A stretch of DNA of 23,513 nucleotides from Elusimicrobiales bacterium (GTDB lineage Bacteria; Elusimicrobiota; Elusimicrobia; Elusimicrobiales; UBA9959): the NCBI GenBank assembly GCA_049972095.1, contig JBMFKQ010000027.1:1-23513 (forward strand), given 5' to 3'. This document shows positions 1-8,364 of the stretch, in pieces. A program made the translations under genes and the position numbers. Numbering within the stretch: position 1 is the first letter of the stretch; every line of letters starts with the position of its first letter. A model generated the notes under the pieces. It saw only the letters and a program-made list of their open reading frames with translations, ran no database searches and was not told the DNA's origin.

Positions 1-1113
1 GGGCAAGCTAAAAAACTCGATTTTAGTTTCTTTCTTCTTTGTTGCTGGATTATAGAACATGTGCTTACTGACAACCTCTATATTCATCCCCGTCCAGACT
101 CCAAGGGTTGCCTGGATTTTTGTGGCATATTCAATAACGGACATTGCTAATATGTTTCTTTTGCTTCGCATCTCATCGGAAGAAGCCGAACCAAAGACCT
201 CCCGGGCAAATTTATTGAGATACCACATCACATTAAAAGAAGGTGCATTGATGAAGATCTCCGAGCCGTCGGAAAGACGGGTAAGGGCAAGGTGGTGATG
301 GATAATGAGGAACTTACATAAGCTACATATCTGCGTCACTGCCTTCTCGTTGTTTTGCCAGTACGCATTGGGAAATTGTGAAAATACAGGAAAAAGAAAG
401 CTCATTTGCGTCGCATCAACTGGTTCAGCTTCAAATTTGGATTCTGAGCAAAAGCTACAGACGGACGCTGAACTGGAGGCAGAGCTGAAAACCTTATCCG
501 ATGCGAAGAAATCTATGAATTTCTTCAGGTCTCCAAACCAACCCGGGTTGTAAAGATTTTGATAGAATCCTCCTTGCGAAAAGAGATAGCCAACTGCTTT
601 CCGATAGATGTAGAAATTCTCCTTGTTGCAAATTAAACTGATTATCTCAGTTAATGCCTTATCTACTGTATACTTTGGATTCCGACCGAAGGTTTCCTTC
701 CACACATTATCGATACGAGTATTCGTATCGTTAAAATTTGCCTCTTCATCATTATACTTAAAGTTTTTGCACTTAAGTTGGTCTCTCAGCTGAGACTTAT
801 TAGTAGAGCGCTCAGCTCTTCTCAAAATATCTGTCACGAAATCCGTGATGCACCCATAATTCCATTCAAAACTGGTCTTAGCGTAGTGCCAATGCCACTT
901 GGGTAATTTATCCAAGGGAGATTCCGGAAGCCCGCTCTTTTCACGATGCAGTATACGTTCAAGGTGGGAACGGATTTCGTCGCCTATGATGGTACCATCT
1001 CGAAAAAGATTGGCAACGGAATCCCCGGCTGATTCCAACACCCTCAGTAATCCAATCACGCCGGCGTTATAGAGCCAGTTGGAGGGATAAAGGATTATTG
1101 GATTTTTGCTCAT
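1..1113 (-). CDS. cas8b1: Type I-B CRISPR-associated protein Cas8b1/Cst1 (CXXC-CXXC family), 3'-partial
   Basis: Not in the ORF track because it runs off the window. Manual translation from ATG 1113 (ATGA overlap with the cas6 stop) is open for 371 codons to base 1: MSKNPIILYPSNWLYNAGVIGLLRVL...VCSFC...FPNAYW...ICSLCKF...EIFINAPSFNVMWYLN...IEFFSLP. WLYNAG and two CXXC motifs are typical of Cst1/Cas8b1. Confidence 0.9.
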   Translation of the reverse strand, partial: MSKNPIILYPSNWLYNAGVIGLLRVLESAGDSVANLFRDGTIIGDEIRSHLERILHREKSGLPESPLDKLPKWHWHYAKTSFEWNYGCITDFVTDILRRAERSTNKSQLRDQLKCKNFKYNDEEANFNDTNTRIDNVWKETFGRNPKYTVDKALTEIISLICNKENFYIYRKAVGYLFSQGGFYQNLYNPGWFGDLKKFIDFFASDKVFSSASSSASVCSFCSESKFEAEPVDATQMSFLFPVFSQFPNAYWQNNEKAVTQICSLCKFLIIHHHLALTRLSDGSEIFINAPSFNVMWYLNKFAREVFGSASSDEMRSKRNILAMSVIEYATKIQATLGVWTGMNIEVVSKHMFYNPATKKKETKIEFFSLP

Positions 1114-1874
1114 AGATTGCCCCTCCATATTCCTATACAACCAAAACCCTGAGAATTCTTTGCGCCAAGCCCGCAGGAAAAAGCAAGTGTAAAAAGTTCT
1201 TTTGGAAGGGAGAGCTCAAAAATACCTGACCAGCCCTTAATCACTGTATCTTTAAAGTAAAGAATGTTCTCCCGCTTTGCAACCCTAACGGGTTTGATAT
1301 ATGCATCATCCAGTGTAATATTTTTACCTGTCAATGTCCTGTACTTTCGCAAAAGATTTAGAAGTATGAGCTTATTAAATTCAGGGTCTTGTGGTGAATA
1401 GTAGTGTGTAAAGGTTTTCCCGTCTCTTTCCTCAGTTCTATAAACAGTGATTGGCGAAAGTGTTTCAATGAAAATCGTTTTTTTGTATGAAGGAGGTGGT
1501 TTCACCCAGATGTGATAAAGATGAAGAACTTGCTCTTCATATTGAATGTGAATTGTGTGCTTTTTAATTAAATTATTATAAAAAGAAACAACAAATTCAT
1601 AAAGAGGTGATGCAACAACCCATGTAATAGGAAGAGGAAATTTAATCTTCTTTTCATGTTCATCAATTATGGGTTTTCTTACAGAAATAATCCTTGAAAA
1701 TGTAAAAAGTTTTAAACCACGATCGCTTTCAGGGTCTTTTACACCTGTTGTGTGAATCCGCTCTGCAAGTTGCTCACCGAGATGAGAGTAAACAACTCCC
1801 TGAAGAATTTCATTATGATGAATTGGGAGGATTAATTCATCCTTTTCTCTTATGGCTTTTAAATAAAGCTGCAT
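1110..1874 (-). CDS. cas6: CRISPR-associated endoribonuclease Cas6 (cas8-proximal copy)
   Basis: Motifs LQGVVY, IH..G, LKLFTFSR, TLSPI and the Gly-rich loop GLGAKNSQGFGC. Confidence 0.96.
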   Translation of the reverse strand: MQLYLKAIREKDELILPIHHNEILQGVVYSHLGEQLAERIHTTGVKDPESDRGLKLFTFSRIISVRKPIIDEHEKKIKFPLPITWVVASPLYEFVVSFYNNLIKKHTIHIQYEEQVLHLYHIWVKPPPSYKKTIFIETLSPITVYRTEERDGKTFTHYYSPQDPEFNKLILLNLLRKYRTLTGKNITLDDAYIKPVRVAKRENILYFKDTVIKGWSGIFELSLPKELFTLAFSCGLGAKNSQGFGCIGIWRGNL

Positions 1875-2109
1875 ATTTCATCTCACTTTTTTCATGAAAA
1901 TCTTTTAGCAAAAGCATCAATATCATCTTCCTCGCTTATCCAAGTTCTACAATGAAACTTATTCACATCTTTGGAGGACAACTTGTTAACTTCTGAAAAA
2001 TTTTTCTTTTTATCATACTTCTACCTTACCTTTTTTGAAATTCAATCTCCAAAATTATCAGCTTGGTATGTCAAATTAATATAATTAATATTTTATCATT
2101 TTATCTATA

Positions 2110-2396
2110 TTAAAACCTCATCTCCTTTTGGATTGTTTCATAAACTTTCACAACTTCCTTTGCAATGGTGAGGGCAAGGTTGGATTCGGCTTCATTTGGA
2201 GCCTCTAAGCTATACTCTGACTTTATATATAGCTGAAACAGCTTTCTAAAGGCATTTGCTATCTGACTGCCAAAATATTTCTCGCAGAGGGGAAGCAAAA
2301 CCACGAGCCATAAATTATTACTGCTTTTAAAGTTTGAGAAAAGGCTTTTTTAATTTTGTCAAGAAGTTCTGATAATTCATTCTCTATCTCTTCCAT
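2110..2396 (-). pseudogene. MNT-HEPN module remnant with internal deletion
   Basis: ATG 2396 gives MEEIENELSELLDKIKKAFSQTLKAVIIYGSW, a nucleotidyltransferase N-terminus with the (F/Y)GS motif. At ~2301-2306 it joins, out of frame, a HEPN-like C-terminus (ANAFRKLFQLYIKSEY...ESNLALTIAKEVV) ending at 2110. Confidence 0.72.
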
Positions 2397-2408
2397 CCTT
2401 CTAAATCC

Positions 2409-2430
2409 TTTATGCATTCAAATGCATAAA
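2409..2430. repeat. Perfect 10-bp inverted repeat (hairpin or operator)
   Basis: TTTATGCATT-CA-AATGCATAAA. Confidence 0.8.
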
Positions 2431-2463
2431 AGTTCTTCACTCTATGAAACCCAAAGCTTGCCA

Positions 2464-2493
2464 CTTTCAAATACCTAAAGGAAATAAAAATCC
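2464..2493 (-). CRISPR. Solitary CRISPR-repeat-like sequence (putative pseudo-repeat)
   Basis: Minus strand reads GGATTTTTATTTCCTTTAGGTATTTGAAAG: 30 nt, T-rich 5' end, central CCT..AGG and an ATTTGAAAG end resembling the ATTGAAA(C/G) end of type I-B repeats. It lies between two cas6 genes. No array is present in the window for comparison. Confidence 0.45.
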
Positions 2494-2539
2494 TTTTTGG
2501 AGTTCGAGAGACATAGCCCTTAATACATCAAAACAAAAA

Positions 2540-3286
2540 TTATCTATCCAATATATCTATACAGCCAAAACCAATAGAGTTTTTTGAACCTAAACCAGTT
2601 TCAAATGCAAGTGTAAACAGGTTTGGAGAAAGTTTAAGCTCAAAAATTCCATCCCAGCCTTTTATTATTGTTCCTTTGTATTTTAAAATCCTTTCCTTAA
2701 CATTAATTGGTTTTATGTAGCTTGTGTTTGTATCCTCTTCAGTCTTAAACCACACACTTGACTTTCTGTTTAGATTTTTTAACACAAGTGTAGAAAAATC
2801 TTTTTCAAATGGATTGTAATAGTATGTTTTCTTTCTATTATCATAAGTCATAAGTGTGCTATAGACCACAATTGGTGAAAGGGTTTTGACTCTAACCACC
2901 TCTTTATAGTGTGGTAATGCCTCAACTGATATTGATGTGGTAATAACCTCATTGCTGGCAAAACGCAAAAACTCACTTTTAACAATGTTTTCTACAAGCG
3001 ATTGTATGAACTCACAATATATTGAGCTTACTGTAAGCATAAATGGAGATTCGAAGATTATTTTTTCATCATTAATAATTGGCTTTTTTTCTGGAATAAG
3101 CCTTGAAAATGTAAAGAGCTTTAAACCCTTTTTGCTTTTTTTGTCAATAAACCCTTTATCATGAATCTTTTTTGCAATCTTTTTGTTTAAAAGAGAGTAT
3201 ATAAATCCTTGAACTATCTCATTATAATTTAAGGGAAGCTCAACATCTTTCCCATCTACCCCACTAAATTTAAACCTTACCCTCAT
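2540..3286 (-). CDS. cas6: CRISPR-associated endoribonuclease Cas6 (distal copy)
   Basis: Motifs LPLNYNEIVQGFIY, IHDKG, LKLFTFSR, TLSPIVVYST and GLGSKNSIGFGC. Confidence 0.96.
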   Translation of the reverse strand: MRVRFKFSGVDGKDVELPLNYNEIVQGFIYSLLNKKIAKKIHDKGFIDKKSKKGLKLFTFSRLIPEKKPIINDEKIIFESPFMLTVSSIYCEFIQSLVENIVKSEFLRFASNEVITTSISVEALPHYKEVVRVKTLSPIVVYSTLMTYDNRKKTYYYNPFEKDFSTLVLKNLNRKSSVWFKTEEDTNTSYIKPINVKERILKYKGTIIKGWDGIFELKLSPNLFTLAFETGLGSKNSIGFGCIDILDR

Positions 3287-3368
3287 TATATCTCTCTATC
3301 TATTCCTCATCATCCAGACATCCATAATTCAAAACTCAATATCCAAAGTTTATATTTAATGCCATTTA

Positions 3369-4367
3369 TCATTTAAAACAACACTCAAAACCAAAACGAT
3401 CAACATATCCTACCTTCCCATTTTTTTTGACCTTTGCTATGCCATCTGCAAAGATTTCAGCATCCTCATAGATTGGTGGAACAATTTCAACCCCACGCTT
3501 GTCAATATATCCATATTTTCCATCCTTGTTTACTAAAGCAATCCCTTCATAAAAATTCATCACAAGGTCATATATGTTTTTCACAACCATTCTACCATTA
3601 ATATCTATAACCCCCCATTTCCCTTTCAGCTCTACAGCAGCAAGCCCTTCAGAAAAAATCCCAGCATCGTCATACTTAAAGGGAATTACTGTTTTGTTTT
3701 TATTGTTTATAAAACCCCATTTGCCATTAAGCTTAACAGGGCATAACCCTTCATCAGAAAAACCTTTTGCATCCTCGTATATTTTTGGTATTATCATATC
3801 ACCTTTTCTGTTAAAAAAACCTACCCCTCCTCCTGTCATGTCTTTTATAAGCTCTCCATCCTCAAGGATGAGATATCTTAACCTTTCAGCTTGAGTATAT
3901 ACAAATCTATGAAGTGGAAATCTTTCTCTTAAGTCCTTAACCTCATCCTTAATCTTCTGTTTATCAGCACTCATCTCTCCAATAATCTTCCCTGAAACAT
4001 CAATTATCCCCCACATCTTATCTTTTCTAACAAGTGAATATCCATTATAGAAAGGCGTTATAAAATCATATACCGGCTCAACAACAATTCTTCCATCATC
4101 ACAGCATATTCCCATCTTGCCATTTCTTATACATCTTTTGATAAAAAAATTTCTCAGTTTTTCTGAGTAGATTGTATCATCCCCATATTTCTTGATAAAT
4201 GAATATACAAATGATGATCTTTCAAGACAATCAGTTGAGCTTTTTATTTCAAAAAGCGTTTGTTTATAATCTGCTAATACCTTTTTTCTTTCCTCCTCAA
4301 AACCTGGTGGTGCTTTTGATTGAAAAACTTGACAAAAAATAGGAAGTGAGAAAAAAAGAAAGATCAT
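3369..4367 (-). CDS. WG (KWG/WG_beta_rep) repeat-containing exported protein
   Basis: ~35-aa repeats such as FSEGLAAVELKGKWGVIDINGRMVVKNIYD and KWGFINNKNKTVIPFKYDDA, plus a short hydrophobic N-terminus. Confidence 0.9.
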   Translation of the reverse strand: MIFLFFSLPIFCQVFQSKAPPGFEEERKKVLADYKQTLFEIKSSTDCLERSSFVYSFIKKYGDDTIYSEKLRNFFIKRCIRNGKMGICCDDGRIVVEPVYDFITPFYNGYSLVRKDKMWGIIDVSGKIIGEMSADKQKIKDEVKDLRERFPLHRFVYTQAERLRYLILEDGELIKDMTGGGVGFFNRKGDMIIPKIYEDAKGFSDEGLCPVKLNGKWGFINNKNKTVIPFKYDDAGIFSEGLAAVELKGKWGVIDINGRMVVKNIYDLVMNFYEGIALVNKDGKYGYIDKRGVEIVPPIYEDAEIFADGIAKVKKNGKVGYVDRFGFECCFK

Positions 4368-4861
4368 CTGTAGTTTGTAAAAATTAATGTAAGCCCAAAG
4401 TCAAGCCCTTTAAGATAAGATATGGTCTTTTGAAGCTCATCCTTTGATTTTGAAAAAACTCTAACAGCATCTCCCTGAATCTGAGAATTAACCTTCAGCT
4501 TTGCATCCTTTATGGCTTTTATTATCTCCTTTGCTTTATCTGAGGGAATACCTTGCTGTATTTGAACTACCATTCTTACACGCGATCCAAGAGCCTCTTC
4601 TATGCCAAGGACATTGAAGTTTTTCAACGGCAGGTTTCTTTTCGCCATTCTGGTAAGAAGGACATCATAAAGGTTTTTAACCTTATATTCATCAGATGAT
4701 ACAAGATATATCTTACTCTCTTTTTTATCAAGGATTATCTCTGATTTTGTGTCTTTAAAGTCATACCTATTTGATATCTCTTTGAGTGCTATGTTTACTG
4801 ATTCATCAACAAGGGTCAGATCAACCTTTGACACTATATCAAAACTAAACTCCTTAGCCAC
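4364..4861 (-). CDS. yajQ: YajQ family nucleotide/c-di-GMP-binding protein
   Basis: Motifs SFDIVSKVD, RYDFK, QIQGDAVRV and C-terminal FTNYR. Start reassigned to GTG 4861 (MAKEFSFDIVS) behind GAGAAGG. Confidence 0.93.
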   Translation of the reverse strand: MAKEFSFDIVSKVDLTLVDESVNIALKEISNRYDFKDTKSEIILDKKESKIYLVSSDEYKVKNLYDVLLTRMAKRNLPLKNFNVLGIEEALGSRVRMVVQIQQGIPSDKAKEIIKAIKDAKLKVNSQIQGDAVRVFSKSKDELQKTISYLKGLDFGLTLIFTNYR

Positions 4862-4900
4862 AATAATAAACCTTCTCAATAATAATCAACTAACACAATT

Positions 4901-4971
4901 CTCCCGGGCATGGATTCGAACCATGAACAACGCCTCCAAAGGGCGCTGTGTTACCTTTACACCACCCGGGA
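4901..4971 (-). tRNA. tRNA-Gln (anticodon TTG), CCA not encoded
   Basis: TCCCGGG-TG-GTGTAAAGGTAACAC-A-GCGCC-CTTTGGA-GGCGT-TGTT-CATGG-TTCGAAT-CCATG-CCCGGGA-G folds as a cloverleaf with U1-A72 and G73. Confidence 0.96.
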
Positions 4972-5001
4972 ACTTAAAATATTTGCAGCTCCAAAGCCTT
5001 A

Positions 5002-5289
5002 TTACTTCTTTTCTTCCTGTTTTACCTGGCCCTTTTCATTGAGAGCCTTGTTATAAGCATCAAGAACTGCCTTCTCAAGCTTGCTTCTAAACTCATTTGT
5101 TATAGGATGAGCAACATCCTTGTAAGACCCGTCCTTAACCTTCCTTGATGGCATAGATACCACAAGTCCTTTTCTACCCGTGACTATCTTTACATTGTGA
5201 ACAACAAATATGTTGTCAAATGTCACGGTAGCAAACGCCTTAAGCTTTGAGTCGGGTCTGAGGTGTATCCTTACTTCTGTTATCTCCAT
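5002..5289 (-). CDS. spoVG: SpoVG family nucleic-acid-binding regulator
   Basis: MEITEVRI...LKAFATVTFD.FVVH.VK....KGL.VSMPSRK...G.YKDVAHPI, with SD AAGGAG upstream. Confidence 0.96.
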   Translation of the reverse strand: MEITEVRIHLRPDSKLKAFATVTFDNIFVVHNVKIVTGRKGLVVSMPSRKVKDGSYKDVAHPITNEFRSKLEKAVLDAYNKALNEKGQVKQEEKK

Positions 5290-5356
5290 AGTCCATTCTC
5301 CTTATTATTCAATCACTCATTCTGGCAGTTTCTTCAAAAAAGCCAGCTTATATCTA

Positions 5357-6208
5357 TTATACAAATTTTGCCTTGAAAACAAAACGGTATATTTTTTTAA
5401 GTTCATCATATGCCTTATCCAGAAGATCAGTGCTGTAGCTAAGTCCAAAAACCGAAGAACCAGAGCCACTCATCATTGAAACAAGGCCAAGATCTGACAT
5501 CCTTTTCTTTAGTCTTTCTACCTTTGGCTCAATCATAAATGCAGCCTCTTCAAGACGATTAAAAAGGAGATGTGAAAAATCAATATCCTCTTCTTTCTTA
5601 AAGGCATCAATCATCACTTCAAATCTCTTTAAATCAGGATTGTAGTTGAGATTAAGTGAGGAGTAGACTTTTGCGCTTGAGATATATATATCAGGAAAAA
5701 CAATTACTAAACCAGGTAGCCTAGCTTTAAGCTCTATATCTTTGAGGATCTCACCCCTTCCAGTTCCTGCACAAAGCATTGAGTTTCTGGTAAAAAAAGC
5801 AACATCACTTCCAAGCTCACAGGCTATTGGATAAATATTTTCCTTATTAATCCCGTAGATCTTTGATAATGCAATAAGAGTTGCAGCACAGTCGGATGAA
5901 CCACCACCAAGCCCGGCACCTACAGGAATATTTTTTTCTATATACACATCATAACCACATTTATACCCAAACCTCTCCTCAAACCTTTTAACTGCTTTCC
6001 ATACAAGATTATCCTTTAACTCAATATCAGGCATATTGACATTGTTTTTAACAAATATCCTTGTCTCAAACCTTTTATTTTTTTCAAGGCGTATTTTATC
6101 ACAAAGGGATATTCTTGCAAAAACACTTACTATATCATGATATCCATCGTTTCTTTTTCCAATAACCTCAAGAAAAAGATTTATTTTTGCATTTGCCTTA
6201 AAACTCAT
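5357..6208 (-). CDS. ispE: 4-diphosphocytidyl-2-C-methyl-D-erythritol kinase
   Basis: Motifs AKINLFL, DGYH, KNIPVGAGLGGGSSD, LGSDV and MSGSGSSVF. Confidence 0.97.
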   Translation of the reverse strand: MSFKANAKINLFLEVIGKRNDGYHDIVSVFARISLCDKIRLEKNKRFETRIFVKNNVNMPDIELKDNLVWKAVKRFEERFGYKCGYDVYIEKNIPVGAGLGGGSSDCAATLIALSKIYGINKENIYPIACELGSDVAFFTRNSMLCAGTGRGEILKDIELKARLPGLVIVFPDIYISSAKVYSSLNLNYNPDLKRFEVMIDAFKKEEDIDFSHLLFNRLEEAAFMIEPKVERLKKRMSDLGLVSMMSGSGSSVFGLSYSTDLLDKAYDELKKIYRFVFKAKFV

Positions 6209-8364
6209 TATTCTTTATCAATGTTAAAAACAAAATCAACAGTTGATTTTTGATGGTTTATAAGAATATTTGATGGTATGAACTTCTTTGATCTGTTATC
6301 ATAAACGACTTGAACTTTAACCTCAAAGCTTTCAGCACCATTTGTATATATAATTCTATCAGGCAGAATCGGATTTTTTTCATATTTCATTAAAACATAA
6401 TCTCCCTCTTCAAAAATATCTCTAAACACAAAACCATCCTGATATAAAAGTGTATGAGAGTTAAAAAATGATGGCATTGAGATATAGCTCATAAAGGCAA
6501 AAAATGCATTTTTTATCAGTTCTCTGTAATCATTGTTGTCAGAAAAAAAAGATATTCTAACATCTCTGATGTTTTTGTGTATATCAAGAATAGGAGTGAA
6601 AAGAGGACCAAGAATTTTGAGAGTAGCTGTGTTTTTTGCTAAATCACTTTGAAAGATTGAAGAAAAAGTATATTTAAATTTTTTTCTAAGCAACAAAAAT
6701 TTTTTATATTCTGTATAAACCTTTATCTCAGCCTCTGCTTCAAAAACTGAAGGCATTAGTTTGAAAATATTTTCTGAAAGCACAATAGGAGAAACATATG
6801 GAAGTATTTTTAATGCTGAATGGGATATTATATCTCTTCTATTATTGGAATCAGATATGTAGGACTGAGTGTAGGATATATAAGCCTCATCATATCTACC
6901 AACCGCACACAATATATCAGCCTTATGCTCAATAACAAGAGGGTCAATTTCAACTGAAATTTTTTTCATAGATTCAATTGATTTTTCTATATATTGAAGA
7001 GCCTTTTGAGGTTCGTTTTTTTTAAAGTAAGCCCAGCCAAGCGAGTCAAGATAGGCATAGTTGTCAGGTTCTCTATCCACAGCCTTTTTTATCATCTCAA
7101 ATGGAGTTCCAACTGAAACACTGCCAATAAAGATCTCTTCATCAACAATATCCCTGTCAACAAGAGAATAACCAAGGTAGTTTAAAACAGAGGCATCATT
7201 AGGATTTTTTATAAGTATATAACCAAAATTTCTTTTAAAACACTCAACATCTCCTATCTTTTCACATACAACACCAAGATTATATCTCAAATCATATCTG
7301 TCTGGTTGGGTTGAAAGAACCAACTCAAAATATCTTTTTGCATCAGCATATCTTCCAAGATCCATCATACCAAGACCAAGATAATATGAAATTGTAGGAT
7401 TGTCAGGCCATTTCTTATGAGCATTCTCAAGGATCCCTATTGTCTTATCCATAGAGCCAGACATTACCCAGTAATAACTCATCTTCAAAACAATATCTAT
7501 ATCATCCTGCCAGCCATCTATCCTTGAAAGATAATCAATGGCTTTATCATACCTTTTTGAATTCTCTTCAAGAAGAGCAAGCCACCACAGTGCTTTTTTA
7601 TTGTTAGGCTCATACTCAATGACCTTTTCAAAATAATTATGAGCCATTGAATAGTTTGAGGTTGATATGTAGAGCTCTGCTATCTTTGTTAAAACATCAG
7701 TATTATCAGGCTCAATCTCAACTATCTTTTTGTATGCTTCAATCGTTTTTGAAAAATCCCCTTTCTCTTGCCACCAAAGAGCCAAAAAATAGTAAGGTTT
7801 TATAGCCTTTGGATTTTCTTTTATTGATTTGTCTATATACTCTTCAACCTTCCTTGTATCATTCTTAAAGGAATACAAAACAGCTATATTGTAGTAAACA
7901 TCACTGGCAAGTGAAGGGTCTATCTCAATTATCTTTTTAAAATATGAAAGAGACTTTAGAGTATCTGAACTTGAAAGAAGTGCAAGCTGATAATACGCCT
8001 CAACATTTTTAGGATCAAGCTTTAAAACATTCTCATAAGCTTTTTTTGCCTCATCGTTTTGTCCCTTCTGAAGCTTTACAGCAGCATAAAGGATCCAATT
8101 ATCTGTCCTGCTTGGCTCAATCTCAATCATCTTCTTAACATTTTCCTCAAGCTTATCTATACCTATCTGATTTGCTCTGTATCCTTTAAGGGCGATATCG
8201 TATTTTCTATAGTAAAGGTAAGGGTCTTTATCCTGCTGGCTGAGTTCATCAAGAATTTTATAGCTTGTTGAGTATTGAGCAAGTTTTTCATAGTAAAGTG
8301 AGTCAACAAAATCAGAATACTTTGAAGCATTGAGAAAAACTGTAATAATAATTAGAAAAATCAT
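6208..8364 (-). CDS. Exported tetratricopeptide-repeat protein with a beta-rich (LolB-like?) C-terminal domain
   Basis: Signal-peptide-like N-terminus and many TPRs, including DASVLNYLGYSL and NYAYLDSLGWAYFK, typical of ispE-linked TPR proteins. The non-TPR C-terminal ~190 aa contain LKILGPLFTPI. Confidence 0.85.
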   Translation of the reverse strand: MIFLIIITVFLNASKYSDFVDSLYYEKLAQYSTSYKILDELSQQDKDPYLYYRKYDIALKGYRANQIGIDKLEENVKKMIEIEPSRTDNWILYAAVKLQKGQNDEAKKAYENVLKLDPKNVEAYYQLALLSSSDTLKSLSYFKKIIEIDPSLASDVYYNIAVLYSFKNDTRKVEEYIDKSIKENPKAIKPYYFLALWWQEKGDFSKTIEAYKKIVEIEPDNTDVLTKIAELYISTSNYSMAHNYFEKVIEYEPNNKKALWWLALLEENSKRYDKAIDYLSRIDGWQDDIDIVLKMSYYWVMSGSMDKTIGILENAHKKWPDNPTISYYLGLGMMDLGRYADAKRYFELVLSTQPDRYDLRYNLGVVCEKIGDVECFKRNFGYILIKNPNDASVLNYLGYSLVDRDIVDEEIFIGSVSVGTPFEMIKKAVDREPDNYAYLDSLGWAYFKKNEPQKALQYIEKSIESMKKISVEIDPLVIEHKADILCAVGRYDEAYISYTQSYISDSNNRRDIISHSALKILPYVSPIVLSENIFKLMPSVFEAEAEIKVYTEYKKFLLLRKKFKYTFSSIFQSDLAKNTATLKILGPLFTPILDIHKNIRDVRISFFSDNNDYRELIKNAFFAFMSYISMPSFFNSHTLLYQDGFVFRDIFEEGDYVLMKYEKNPILPDRIIYTNGAESFEVKVQVVYDNRSKKFIPSNILINHQKSTVDFVFNIDKE

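Noticed and set aside
199..208. CTCCCGGGCA identical to the tRNA-Gln 3' end (4901-4910) as an att duplication
   Set aside because: It is only 10 bp and lies inside an uninterrupted cas8b1 frame, which is compatible with chance.
59..553. Plus-strand ORFs 59-298 and 305-553, and the other short plus-strand ORFs in the track
   Set aside because: They are antisense shadows of well-supported minus-strand genes (here cas8b1) and show no recognisable motifs.
2226..2242. 17-bp TATATAGCTGAAACAGC shared with 14616-14632
   Set aside because: Both copies lie in coding or remnant-coding sequence read in different frames, with no flanking similarity. One such match is plausible by chance in AT-rich DNA of this length.
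5322..5346. CTGGC...GCCAG hairpin between ispE and spoVG as a terminator
   Set aside because: The stem is weak and interrupted, with no U-tract after it on the coding strand.
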